DNA of 63,918 bases from Phycisphaerales bacterium (GCA_003485185.1 DNAS01000072.1:9843-73760), one strand, 5' to 3'. Counted from the stretch's first letter, positions 35,504-44,774 are shown. The notes: a model not told the origin generated them from the sequence alone. A program made the numbers and translations.

Positions 35504-35532
35504 GGCGTCATTGCACTGCGGGACCAGGCCGG

Positions 35533-36165
35533 TCAGGGAACGGTCGGCGCGCCGCCCCTTCGGCCGGCTGCGGCGCGGATGTCCGCGGCGAGCTTCGCCT
35601 CCAGACCGGCGTCACGACCCAGCGGCGTCATCCACTCCCGGCGGTCCTTGGCCCCGTCGCCCCGTTCGTCGTCGCGGACGTACTCCAGCAGGTGCTTCTT
35701 CCGCTCCTTCTCATCGCCCGGAAGCGTGAACAGGTCGTACGCCTCGGACGTGTTGGTCACTTGGACTTCCTGGAGGTTGCTGCGGTACGCCTGCACCTCG
35801 ACGGACACCTGGTAGCCGTCCGTGCCGGCGGGGCGGATGCTCACCTTCGCCTGGCGGTAGATGGTCTGGAGGGTGCTCTCGATCAGGTCGCGTCGCGTGG
35901 CGGCGTCCTTCCGCCAGAACTCCCACCAGTGCTTCCCGGTCATCGGCAGGGTGGTGATGATTCCGCTGCGCCGATCCTCGCGGTCGATCTGGAAATCGTA
36001 CCGTCCGAGCACCTCGCGGGCGGCCAGCCAGGCCGCATCGAAGTTTCGCTCCGCGGGCGTCATCGCAGCCGGGGCGACCACGGGATCGGTGTAGTTGGCG
36101 CATCCCGCCGCTGCCAGCGTCGCAGCCAGCAGGGCTAAAACCGGCAATTTCGTTGTCGCATGCAT
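35533..36165 (-). CDS. Hypothetical lipoprotein
   Basis: Lipobox LAAAGC after a short signal sequence. High GC3. Confidence 0.6.
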   Translation of the reverse strand: MHATTKLPVLALLAATLAAAGCANYTDPVVAPAAMTPAERNFDAAWLAAREVLGRYDFQIDREDRRSGIITTLPMTGKHWWEFWRKDAATRRDLIESTLQTIYRQAKVSIRPAGTDGYQVSVEVQAYRSNLQEVQVTNTSEAYDLFTLPGDEKERKKHLLEYVRDDERGDGAKDRREWMTPLGRDAGLEAKLAADIRAAAGRRGGAPTVP

Positions 36166-36219
36166 GGCGGTTCTCGTTTTTTCTCGAGGTGTCGGGCCGG
36201 CGCATTGGCCCGGAGAAAT

Positions 36220-36247
36220 ATTGTATCGTACGGTACAGGTGAAGCAA
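36220..36247 (-). promoter_or_regulatory. Candidate promoter TTGCTT-N16-TACAAT for the lipoprotein gene
   Basis: The minus strand reads ttgctt-cacctgtaccgtacga-tacaat. Same architecture as the dnaB promoter candidate. Confidence 0.4.
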
Positions 36248-36300
36248 GCAGCTTACCTGATTGGCTAACCGCAAGCTGGCCTGCCCATAGGCCCGCACCA

Positions 36301-36338
36301 ATGCCCCCCCCGGCCCTCCCAGGCCGGGGCATTTTTTT
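36301..36338 (+). terminator. Orphan plus-strand intrinsic terminator (no upstream plus-strand gene)
   Basis: Sequence is atgcccc(ccc)ggcc-ctccca-ggccggggcat followed by TTTTTTT (36332-38). Confidence 0.6.
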
Positions 36339-36463
36339 GCGCCCTTCTCGGATTGGACGGTTCGGCAGGGTACAATCGCTCCGCCGCGGGCGGGAATGCG
36401 GGAAACCCCCGCCCGCGCCACGCGTTTAACCCAGCAAGGCCCGCGGGCGGAGGCACGGTCGTG

Positions 36464-37042
36464 ATGCGGATTCTTTCCGGCGCGTTCAAGGGGCGCACGC
36501 TGCTGCCGCCGGTGGGCGACGGCACGCGCCCGATCACCGCGCTGGTCAAGAAATCGCTGTTCGGGATCCTCTCGCCGCGCCTGGACGGGGCGATCGTGCT
36601 GGACCTGTACTGCGGCACGGGCACGATCGGCCTGGAGGCGCTTTCGCAGGGGGCGGCGCGGTGCTGTTTCGCCGAGCGGGACGGGCAGGCGCTGGCCCGG
36701 CTGCGGCGGAACATCGAAACCCTGGGCGTCAGCGGGCAATGCACGGTCTGGGCGGGCGACGTCGCGCAGCGCCTGGCGCGCTGGCTGGAAACGCTCGCCG
36801 GCGGGGTGGATGTCGCGTCGATCGATCCGCCGTTCGCGACTGCCCGCCGGTGGGACTGGCCCCGCGCCGTCGAAACGGTGTTCGCGCCGCTGGCGGCGCA
36901 TCTTTCGCCGGGCGGCGTGGTGGTCCTGCGGACGCCCGATCGCGTCGAGGTGCCGGACCGCCTCGGGCCTCTGGCGGCCTGCCGCACGAGGGAGTACGGC
37001 GGCATGAAACTCACGTTCCTGGAACTCCCGGCGGGCGGGTGA
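36464..37042 (+). CDS. rsmD: 16S rRNA (guanine966-N2)-methyltransferase RsmD
   Basis: MRILSGAFKGRTL N-terminus, LDLYCGTGTIGLEALSQGA SAM motif and a DPPF catalytic motif. Confidence 0.85.
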   Translation: MRILSGAFKGRTLLPPVGDGTRPITALVKKSLFGILSPRLDGAIVLDLYCGTGTIGLEALSQGAARCCFAERDGQALARLRRNIETLGVSGQCTVWAGDVAQRLARWLETLAGGVDVASIDPPFATARRWDWPRAVETVFAPLAAHLSPGGVVVLRTPDRVEVPDRLGPLAACRTREYGGMKLTFLELPAGG

Positions 37043-37944
37043 TGGCGAAATCCTCCTATCTCTATTTCGATCCCGAGCGGGCGGGCAAGCTGCGGAACCT
37101 CAACCTCCTGGCGCGCCAGGCGGTGGAGGGGTTCATCTCCGGCCTGCACCGCAGCCCCCACAAGGGCTTCTCCGTCGAGTTCTCCGAGCACCGCGAATAC
37201 TCCCCCGGCGACGACCTGCGCCACCTCGACTGGGTGGCCTGGGGACGCACCGACCGCTATTACGTCAAGCAGTACGAGCAGGAGACCAACCTCCGCGCCT
37301 ACATCCTGTTGGACGTCAGCGGCTCGATGAACTACCGCCACGGGGAAGGCCCGACGAAGTTCCAGTACGGCTGCTTCCTCGCGGCGTGCCTGAGCTACCT
37401 CATGTGCCGCCAGCAGGACGTGGTGGGAATGATCGCTTTCGACGACCGCGTGCGGTTTCACCTGACGCCCGGAAGCACCCCGGCGCACCTGGACCGGATC
37501 TTCAAGCATCTCGAAGGCGTCAAGCCCGGAAAGCTCACCGCCATCGCCCCGACGTTCCACCAGCTCGCCGCGTCCATCGCCAAGCGCGGGCTGGTGATCG
37601 TCATCTCCGACCTGTACGACGAGCCGTCGGAAATCCTCCGCGCGCTCCAGCACTTCGTCCACAAGCGCCACCAGATCATCGTCTTCCACGTGCTGGACCC
37701 CGCCGAGGTGGAGTTTCCCTTCCGCAAGGTCGTCTCCTTCGTGGACATGGAGAACGGGCAGAAGCTCCAGGTCGATCCCCGCTACGTCAAGGACGCCTAC
37801 CTCGCCGAGATGCGGGCGTTCATCGAGCGCTACCGCAAGGAGTGCTCCGACCGGAAGATCGAATACGCGCTGACGACCACCGACGTGCCGTATGACCGCA
37901 TGCTGCTGGACTACCTGGCGAGACGAAAGGCCCTGGTGAGGTGA
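37042..37944 (+). CDS. DUF58 domain protein (MoxR-associated, vWA-like)
   Basis: ATG overlaps the rsmD TGA (gTGATGg). GLHRSPHKGFSVEFSEHREYSPGDDLRHLDW and LLDVSGSM motifs. Confidence 0.85.
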   Translation: MAKSSYLYFDPERAGKLRNLNLLARQAVEGFISGLHRSPHKGFSVEFSEHREYSPGDDLRHLDWVAWGRTDRYYVKQYEQETNLRAYILLDVSGSMNYRHGEGPTKFQYGCFLAACLSYLMCRQQDVVGMIAFDDRVRFHLTPGSTPAHLDRIFKHLEGVKPGKLTAIAPTFHQLAASIAKRGLVIVISDLYDEPSEILRALQHFVHKRHQIIVFHVLDPAEVEFPFRKVVSFVDMENGQKLQVDPRYVKDAYLAEMRAFIERYRKECSDRKIEYALTTTDVPYDRMLLDYLARRKALVR

Positions 37945-40160
37945 TGCTGGCCCTGTGGTTCGCCACTCCGCTGCTGCTGATCGGCCTGCTGGCTGCGGGC
38001 ATCCCGCCGCTGCTGCACCTGCTGTCGCGCGTGCGGGCCCAGGAGGTCTACTTCCCCACGCTGCGATTCCTCCAGCGGAGCATGGAGAAGACCGCGCGGC
38101 GGCGGCGGATCCAGCACTGGCTGCTGCTGGTGTTCCGCTCGTCGCTGCTGGCGCTGCTGGCGGTGTCGGTGGCCGAACCGATCTCGCAGGCGACGGGCGG
38201 CTGGCTCGCCGGGCGGAACTACGCGGCCGTCGTCGTCCTGGACAACAGCCTGTCGATGGGCGCGCGGGACGGCGCGCAGAGCCGCTTCGCCCGCGCCCAG
38301 GCGCAGGCCATCGAACTGCTCAGCGGCGACGACAGGCCCTCCCTCGCGGCTGTGCTCCCCACCAACGCCGCCGGCGACGACGCCCTGACCGCCCGCCTCG
38401 AGGCGCTGCGGAAAACCGTCTCCGAGACGACTCTCTCCAACGCCCGCGCGCCCGTCGCCCAGAAGCTCGCGCGGGCGATGGACCTGCTGGCGGGCGAAAC
38501 GTCGCTGTCCAAGAAAGCGATCTATCTCTTCAGCGACCTCCAGCAGGTCAGCTTCGAGGAACTGGCCTCCCTCAAGAGCCTCGCCGCCCACAAGGACATC
38601 CACCTGCTGGTGGTCAACTGCGCCTCGCAACTTCCGGGCAAGCCCGACAACGTCGCCATCTCCGACGTGGAGATCGGCGGGCGTCCCGTCGTCCACGAGC
38701 GCCTGACGTTCACCGTCACGCTGGTCAACTCCAGCCCGGTGGACCGGACGGTGAGCGTGGCGATGCGCGTGGAGGGCCAGCCGGTCGCCCTGCCCGTCAA
38801 GACCACGCTCCGCGCCGCCGGTCTCGAGGGCGACAGCCGCACCGTCCGCTTCTTCCACACCTTCGGCAAGTCCGGGCCCGTCGCCTGCGAGGTGTTCCTC
38901 GACGTCACCGACGACCTGCCCGCCGACAACGTCCGCCGCTTCGCGCTGGATGTCGGCGGGCGCGTCGGCGCGGTGATCGTGCGGGGCCCGCGCGATCCGG
39001 CCGAGGCGCCCGGGCTCGATTCGGCCGCGGCGCTGCTGCTGGCGGCAGACCCCTTCGGGCGCGCGGACCGCCCCTGGCCGGTCCAGCCGCGCGTCGTGCC
39101 CGTCGAGGAACTTTCGGCAGAAACCCTCGCCGGTGCGGACATCGCCTTCTTCACCGACGTGCCCTCCCTCACCGACGCCCAGGCGAAGCTGGTGCGCGAC
39201 TTCGTCCGCACGGCCGGCGGGACCGCCGCCTTCTTCCTGGGCCCGGCCGTCCAGGCGGAAAACTACAACGCCCGACTGGGTGAGATTCTTCCGGCCGAAC
39301 TGGACGCCCCCGTCGGAGAGGTGGGGGTGGACCTGCCCGCCGTCGCGCTGGACTGGGTGGACGCGCAGCACCCGTATTTCGAGGGGTTGTACGCGAACCC
39401 GCGCGACTACCTGACGTCCGTCACGCAACGCTACTTCCGTCTGAAGGTCGGCGTTCCGCCGCAGGTGCTGATGCGTCTGGCCGGGGGCGCGCCGCTACTG
39501 GTCTCGCGCGACGCCGGACGCGGGCGCTGCCTGCTGTGCGTCACGACGGCCAGCCCGCGCTGGACCAGCCTGCCCGCCAGCCCGGTCTTTCTGCCGATGG
39601 TGGTGCGCATGTGCCTGCTGGCCCGATCCGGGGAGGGTGGCGGTGGAAACTTCCTGGCCGGCTCGCAGGTGACGCTCCGCCCGCGCGGGCTGGCGCTCCC
39701 GCCCGACGGCGCGCCGCCGGCGGCGCTGCGGATCGTCCGCGAGGGTGACGAGGCGTCCTCCGGCTACGACGTGAAATTCTCGCCCGCGGGAGAGGCCGTC
39801 TTCGATCGCGCCGACCGCCTGGGCGTCTATCGCTGGCAGGCGACCGGCGCCGACGGAAAGAGCGTCGAGGGATGCTTCGCCGTCAATCCGCCCGGCACGG
39901 AAACGCGCCTGACGGCCTTGCCGCCCGCGGCGCTGCGCCAGATGCTCGCGCGGGACGGCTTGGACCGCGTCTACGTGGGCGACGACCTTTCCGGCGCGAC
40001 GGCGGCAGCCTCAGCCGACGCCCAGGGACGCAACTGGTGGGACTACCTGCTGGCGGCCGTCCTGGTGGTGCTGGTGGTGGAGGCCGTCGTCGCCAACCGC
40101 GTCCGCCGGCGCGACGAGGACGCCGTGCCCGCCTACCTCAACCCCAAGATCGCCGCGTAG
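37941..40160 (+). CDS. BatA-type N-terminal double-TM domain protein with vWA-like region
   Basis: LLLIGLLAAGIPPLLHLL...FPTLRFL (aerotolerance BatA N-terminal signature) and VVVLDNSLSMG. Start GTG 37941 or ATG 37944, overlapping the DUF58 stop. Confidence 0.75.
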   Translation: MMLALWFATPLLLIGLLAAGIPPLLHLLSRVRAQEVYFPTLRFLQRSMEKTARRRRIQHWLLLVFRSSLLALLAVSVAEPISQATGGWLAGRNYAAVVVLDNSLSMGARDGAQSRFARAQAQAIELLSGDDRPSLAAVLPTNAAGDDALTARLEALRKTVSETTLSNARAPVAQKLARAMDLLAGETSLSKKAIYLFSDLQQVSFEELASLKSLAAHKDIHLLVVNCASQLPGKPDNVAISDVEIGGRPVVHERLTFTVTLVNSSPVDRTVSVAMRVEGQPVALPVKTTLRAAGLEGDSRTVRFFHTFGKSGPVACEVFLDVTDDLPADNVRRFALDVGGRVGAVIVRGPRDPAEAPGLDSAAALLLAADPFGRADRPWPVQPRVVPVEELSAETLAGADIAFFTDVPSLTDAQAKLVRDFVRTAGGTAAFFLGPAVQAENYNARLGEILPAELDAPVGEVGVDLPAVALDWVDAQHPYFEGLYANPRDYLTSVTQRYFRLKVGVPPQVLMRLAGGAPLLVSRDAGRGRCLLCVTTASPRWTSLPASPVFLPMVVRMCLLARSGEGGGGNFLAGSQVTLRPRGLALPPDGAPPAALRIVREGDEASSGYDVKFSPAGEAVFDRADRLGVYRWQATGADGKSVEGCFAVNPPGTETRLTALPPAALRQMLARDGLDRVYVGDDLSGATAAASADAQGRNWWDYLLAAVLVVLVVEAVVANRVRRRDEDAVPAYLNPKIAA

Positions 40161-40183
40161 AGCGCTTTGCGGGGACTTGTCGC

Positions 40184-40280
40184 GGGGGTGCCGTGGTTTG
40201 TCCCGAAGGGACAACCACGTTGTTTCTCCGTGGTTGCTCCGTCCCGCTGGCGCGGGACTCCGCAAGCCACGCCACCCTCC
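40184..40280. repeat. Double-hairpin palindromic element, divergent copy B6
   Basis: Sequence is gggggtgc-cgtggtttgtccc-gaa-gggacaaccacg ... cgtggttgctccgtcccgc-tgg-cgcgggactccgcaagccacg-ccaccctcc. Confidence 0.75.
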
Positions 40281-40310
40281 TTTACGTTGCGGATCGGAAA
40301 GGGTTGCCCC

Positions 40311-40339
40311 TGTGACGCCGCCCGTGGTGCGTGTATATT
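40311..40339 (+). promoter_or_regulatory. Candidate -10 (TATATT, 40334-40339) 7 nt upstream of the cca ATG (leaderless candidate); weak -35 tgtgac
   Basis: Sequence is gtgTATATTgctccgtATG. No Shine-Dalgarno sequence. Confidence 0.3.
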
Positions 40340-40346
40340 GCTCCGT

Positions 40347-41576
40347 ATGGCCAGGCCGGCGGACAAGGCGACGGCGACGTGGGTGGTGCGACAGCTGCGG
40401 GAAGCGGGCTTCCAGGCGCTGTTCGCCGGCGGGTGCGTGCGCGACATGCTGCTGGGGATACGCTGCAACGATTACGACATCGCCACCGACGCCGTGCCCG
40501 ACCAGGTGCGTGCGCTGTTCGGGCGCGTGCTGCTGGTGGGGGCGAAGTTCGGCGTGACGATGGTGCTGCACCGGGGGCGCAAGGTGGAGGTCACCACGTT
40601 CCGCAGCGACCTGTCGTACAGCGACGGGCGCAGGCCCGACGGCGTGCGCTTCTCCACGCCCGAGGAAGACGCCCGGCGGCGCGACTTCACCATCAACGGC
40701 ATGTTCTACGACCCGCTCGACGGGCGGGTGATCGACTTCGTCGGCGGACGCGACGACCTGCGCCGCCGCGTCCTGCGGACCATCGGACGCGCGGACGAGC
40801 GGTTCGCCGAAGACTACCTCCGCATGCTCCGCGCGGTGCGGTTCTCCGTGCGTTTCGGGCTGCGGATGGACGGCGGGACCGCGCGGGCCGTCCGCCGCCA
40901 CGCCGCCAGCATCGCGCGGATCAGCGGTGAGCGCGTCTTCGACGAGTTGTCCAAGATGATCACGCACCCGGCGGCAGGGCGGGCGCTGGAACTGCTGGCG
41001 GAACTGGGCCTGGCGCGGCACGTGCTGCCCGAGCTGTTCGACCCGCCGGAATTGTGGGCCCGCGCGGCCGATTGCGCCGGAAAGCTCGCCCGGCGCGGCG
41101 ATCTGCCACTGACCCTCGGCGCGATGATGCTGGAGCTGGACGCCCGCGCGATTTCACGCCGCCTGCGCGCATGGGGCGCGTCCAACGACCTGCGCGACGC
41201 GATCTGCTGGCTGGCGGTGCGGCGCGAGGGCTGGCGAACCGCCGCCGACGCGCGGCTCTGCGAGTTCAAGCGTCTCCAGGCCGGCGAGCACTTCCGCCGC
41301 CTGCGGACGATCTGGGCCATCGTGGAGCGGCGAGAGACCGGCGGGCTGACCCAGGCGCGGCGGATCGCACGACGGGCGGGGCAGATCGCCCCCGAAACAA
41401 TCAACCCGCCGCCCCTGCTGACCGGAGAGGATCTCAAGCGGCAGATCGGGCTCTCGGAGGGCAAGCGGCTGGGGCGGGTGCTCGCGGAACTGCGCGACCG
41501 CCAGCTCGACGAGGAAATCTCCACCCCGCGCGAGGCGCTCGAACTGGCCCGTCGGCTCGTTCAGGGCGCGGACTGA
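40347..41576 (+). CDS. cca: tRNA nucleotidyltransferase (CCA-adding enzyme)/poly(A) polymerase family
   Basis: GGCVRDMLLG, DYDIAT, RRDFTINGMFYD head-domain motifs. The upstream 60 codons of the ORF track cross repeat B6. Confidence 0.75.
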   Translation: MARPADKATATWVVRQLREAGFQALFAGGCVRDMLLGIRCNDYDIATDAVPDQVRALFGRVLLVGAKFGVTMVLHRGRKVEVTTFRSDLSYSDGRRPDGVRFSTPEEDARRRDFTINGMFYDPLDGRVIDFVGGRDDLRRRVLRTIGRADERFAEDYLRMLRAVRFSVRFGLRMDGGTARAVRRHAASIARISGERVFDELSKMITHPAAGRALELLAELGLARHVLPELFDPPELWARAADCAGKLARRGDLPLTLGAMMLELDARAISRRLRAWGASNDLRDAICWLAVRREGWRTAADARLCEFKRLQAGEHFRRLRTIWAIVERRETGGLTQARRIARRAGQIAPETINPPPLLTGEDLKRQIGLSEGKRLGRVLAELRDRQLDEEISTPREALELARRLVQGAD

Positions 41577-41625
41577 CGAAGACCGTCCACGAATTGCGCG
41601 AATTCCACGAAAGGGAATCGAGAGG

Positions 41626-42096
41626 TCAGGACTTCTTTTTCGCGGCGGGTTTCCGGCGGAAAAAGGCGCTGAGGATTTCGTCCTCGCGGGCGTGCATGCG
41701 GGCGGCCCCGCGGATGGACTGGTCTTCGTGGCCCATCAGGTGCAGCAGCCCATGCACGACGTACAGCAGCAGCTCGCGCCGGGCGGTCTGCCCGTGGGCG
41801 GGGCCTTGTGCGGCGGCCACGTCGCCGCAGAGGATGAGCTGCCCGACGAGCCCGCTCTCCCGGCCGTCGGACAGGTCGAAACTCAGCACGTCCGTCGCGC
41901 CCGCGTGCCCCAGCCAGCGGCGGTTGTGTGTCGCCACCTCGTCGGACGCGACGATCGCGATGTCCATCTCGGCCACGCGCACGCCTTCCTGCTCGGCCGT
42001 GAAGGCCACCAGCTCGGCGATCTGCCTGCGCGGAACGCGGACGGCCCGCTGGGTCGAGGATATCAGCACGCGGGGTGGGGGGCGCTTGGGCGTCAT
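41626..42096 (-). CDS. ybeY: rRNA maturation endoribonuclease YbeY
   Basis: 156 aa. HGLLHLMGHED zinc motif and TDVLSF. ATG 42096. The rest of the 533-codon ORF is an antisense shadow. Confidence 0.92.
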   Translation of the reverse strand: MTPKRPPPRVLISSTQRAVRVPRRQIAELVAFTAEQEGVRVAEMDIAIVASDEVATHNRRWLGHAGATDVLSFDLSDGRESGLVGQLILCGDVAAAQGPAHGQTARRELLLYVVHGLLHLMGHEDQSIRGAARMHAREDEILSAFFRRKPAAKKKS

Positions 42097-42225
42097 GGGC
42101 GCGGAGGATACCGCGGCGCGGGCAGATTGTCCACGACTCGCCGACGCGACGGCCCGCCGCACGGTTGCCCCCGGCGGCCCGTCGTGGTATACGGAACGCC
42201 GGCGCGGAGTTCGCCCCGCCGTGTC

Positions 42226-43251
42226 ATGAAAGGATTTCCTGCCATGTGTGCCTCGATCTCGATCGGTCTCGTCCTGGGAGTCGTGATCCTCGCCCTTTTG
42301 GCCTTGCCGATGCTGGCCCAGCGGAGCGCCCCGCTCAGACGCCCCGTCCGCAGGGCGAAAAAGACCGTCTACCTGATGGCCATCGGGAACAGCTTCTCCA
42401 ACGACGCCACCAAGTATCTTTCGCGCCTTGCCGAGGCCGGCGGGCACAAGCTGGTCTTCGGGCACGCCATGATCGGCGGCTGCCCGCTCGAGAAGCACTG
42501 GAGGCTGGCGCAGAAGCACGAGGCCGACGCGAGCGACCCCGAAGGGCGACCCTATCAGGTCCGCCGCTCCGACGGAACGGTCAAGTCCCTCAGTCTGAAG
42601 GAACTTCTCCAGTCCCGCTCGTGGCAGTACGTGACGATCCAGCAGGTGTCCAACGAAAGCTACAAGGTCACCACCTATCGCCCGTACGCCCAGAAGCTCG
42701 CCGATTACGTTCGCCAATACGCGCCGCAGGCGGAACTGGTGATCCACGAGACGTGGGAATATCGGATTGATCATCCGCTGTATTCCGAGAAGAGACTCAC
42801 GCCGGAGCGGATGTACGAGGGCCTGCATTCGGCCTACGCGAAGATCGCCGGGGAACTGGGCGTCAAGACGATCCTCCCCGTGGGCAGCGCCTTCCGGAAC
42901 GTCCAGCACGACCCGCGCTGGGTGATGGACATCGAGAGGGACGTGAAGCCGGAAGCTTTCAAGCCGCCCGCGCTGCCCCGCCAGGTCCATTCCCTGTGGG
43001 TTGGCTACTACTGGAGCAAGAAGACCAATCCGCCTTCGCTGGGCCACGACGGGAAACACGCGAGCACGGCAGGGCGCTACCTGGGTGCCGCGGTCTGGTA
43101 CGAGGTGTTCTTCGGCGATGTGCGGGACGTCGAATATGTCCCCCGGGGCCTGCCGAAGCAGGACGCCGTCCTGCTTCGCGAAATCGCGCACAAGACGGTG
43201 CGCGAAAACCGGCGCGCCGCCACGCAACCCGCGCGCAAGAGCGCGAAGTAG
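42226..43251 (+). CDS. DUF4886-like (SGNH-fold) secreted protein
   Basis: N-terminal TM/signal sequence. LMAIGNSFSNDATKYL, IGGCPLEKHW, YVTIQQVS. Confidence 0.65.
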   Translation: MKGFPAMCASISIGLVLGVVILALLALPMLAQRSAPLRRPVRRAKKTVYLMAIGNSFSNDATKYLSRLAEAGGHKLVFGHAMIGGCPLEKHWRLAQKHEADASDPEGRPYQVRRSDGTVKSLSLKELLQSRSWQYVTIQQVSNESYKVTTYRPYAQKLADYVRQYAPQAELVIHETWEYRIDHPLYSEKRLTPERMYEGLHSAYAKIAGELGVKTILPVGSAFRNVQHDPRWVMDIERDVKPEAFKPPALPRQVHSLWVGYYWSKKTNPPSLGHDGKHASTAGRYLGAAVWYEVFFGDVRDVEYVPRGLPKQDAVLLREIAHKTVRENRRAATQPARKSAK

Positions 43252-43267
43252 TCCCCGCGCCCGGCCG

Positions 43268-43477
43268 TCACAGCCAACGGCGAGACGCCGCCAGCGTCAG
43301 CACGAACAGGCACGCGCAGGTCATCGCCAGCTGCGAAGGCCCGAGCAGCCAGTTGGCCGTCAGGTGCAGCGGGGCGACGTTGGCGTCCTCGGCTCTTGCC
43401 AGAGCGTACTGCACGCCGCCGCCGATCGGCAGCGTTAGCAGGATCGCGGCCAATATCATCGCGATCTTCCGAAACAT
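43268..43477 (-). CDS. Small hypothetical membrane protein (69 aa, 2 TM)
   Basis: ATG 43477 with GAGGGAAG upstream. High GC3. No recognisable family. Confidence 0.4.
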   Translation of the reverse strand: MFRKIAMILAAILLTLPIGGGVQYALARAEDANVAPLHLTANWLLGPSQLAMTCACLFVLTLAASRRWL

Positions 43478-43677
43478 GGCGCTTCCCTCACCCCGAAAGT
43501 CCCCCGCGGCAGAAGCGGCGCTGCCTTCGCGCACACCCATCCGCCGCCGGACGCCGGGGCTAAGACCTCGATAGCCTTTACAACGGAAACATACGATTCG
43601 CTTCCGGAACAGACCAAACCGCAGGGACGGAATAACTTGTCTCGGGATGGGTAATAATGCCCACTAACGGATTTTAT

Positions 43678-43693
43678 GTGCGAATATTTGCAC
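43678..43693. promoter_or_regulatory. 16-bp near-palindrome GTGCGAATATTTGCAC inside the AT-rich island
   Basis: 14/16 self-complementary. Candidate operator upstream of the FecR-domain gene. Confidence 0.3.
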
Positions 43694-43864
43694 TTATAGT
43701 TATCGAAGTGGGAAATGCGGAACATGAAATTCCGCCACAATTCATATTTTAAAAGATTCTTATACAAGGACTTAGGCGTGTTTCGACCTTATTTGGCGGG
43801 TTTTGCAATTTCGTGGCATACGATGTGTCGGGAAAAGAGGTGGAGCGAGCGGGAAGGCTGGAAA

Positions 43865-44677
43865 ATGCGGCCGCCGCCCGCGGCAAAGGGTTTTGAAATG
43901 CGAGATACGCCGCGCACGTTCTTCTGCTTGGTGATCCTGTTTCCGGTCGCGACCGCGGCGGGAGCTGGGACGGCTGGCACGCCGATGGCGCAGGACGGCC
44001 AAGCCGGCGCCGTGACGGTGGTCGAGGTCGTCGGACAGGCCGAGCGACTCGTCCTCGCCGACGGAAAGGAAACCTGGCGAGCGGTACAGGCCGGCGAAAC
44101 GCTGCCGGAAGGCACGATCCTCCGCACGGGAATCCGCGCGAAACTGGTGCTGCGGTTCGAGGACCGCAACGACGTGATCGTCCACGGCGCCACGAAGATG
44201 GGCATCGCGCGGTTCCGCAAGCGAGGCGATCTGGCGACGACGCGCCTGGGGCTCAAGTACGGCACGCTGAGCATGACCATCCATCGCGGGCGGGGGCCCA
44301 GCGACTTCGAGCTGTCCGTACCGGTGGCTGTGCTGAGCGTGCGGGGGACCAGCGGGCAGGCGAGCTTCCACGGCGACACGGGGCTGCACCTGACCGGCCA
44401 GACGGGCACATGGCATGTGCGGACGGGTGGCGGGACGCAAAACGTCCAAGCCGGGGAGACCACCGATGGAGCCTTGACGCCGTCGATCCTGCTGGCGGGC
44501 CGGCAGCGGGACACGCAAAGGGGCGACACCGCCGGCGGCGTGACCGGGCAGGAGCAGGACTGGCTGAGGAACCACGGCAGCGGGCTCGGGCTGGCGTGGT
44601 TCCTGGGCGGTTTCGGGCCGACGCTCTTCGCGCCGAGCGAGCAAAGCTCCGGCGGGAAGTTCATCGTGGAAAGGTGA
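43865..44677 (+). CDS. FecR-domain protein (secreted/periplasmic)
   Basis: Signal-like FFCLVILFPVATAAGA and a FecR-type beta-rich region GTILRTGIRAKLVLRFEDRNDVIVHGATKMGI. Alternative start at ATG 43898. Confidence 0.65.
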   Translation: MRPPPAAKGFEMRDTPRTFFCLVILFPVATAAGAGTAGTPMAQDGQAGAVTVVEVVGQAERLVLADGKETWRAVQAGETLPEGTILRTGIRAKLVLRFEDRNDVIVHGATKMGIARFRKRGDLATTRLGLKYGTLSMTIHRGRGPSDFELSVPVAVLSVRGTSGQASFHGDTGLHLTGQTGTWHVRTGGGTQNVQAGETTDGALTPSILLAGRQRDTQRGDTAGGVTGQEQDWLRNHGSGLGLAWFLGGFGPTLFAPSEQSSGGKFIVER

Positions 44678-44710
44678 CGGGCTTTCGGGCAGCGGACAAC
44701 GGGACGACTT

Positions 44711-44774
44711 GACGCGGCGGCTGACGCCTGAATTCCCAGCGGCGGGGAAACGGGCAGGCCGCCGCGTCGTTTTG
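44711..44774 (+). terminator. Terminator of the FecR-domain gene
   Basis: Perfect 11-bp stem gacgcggcggc / gccgccgcgtc (36-nt loop) followed by GTTTTG. Confidence 0.55.

Noticed and set aside
43715-43864. Upstream part of the 320-codon ORF leading into the FecR-domain gene
   Set aside because: It is translated from the AT-rich island (MRNMKFRHNSYFKRFLYKDL...) with composition unlike any gene here. The signal-peptide-like sequence follows ATG 43865/43898.
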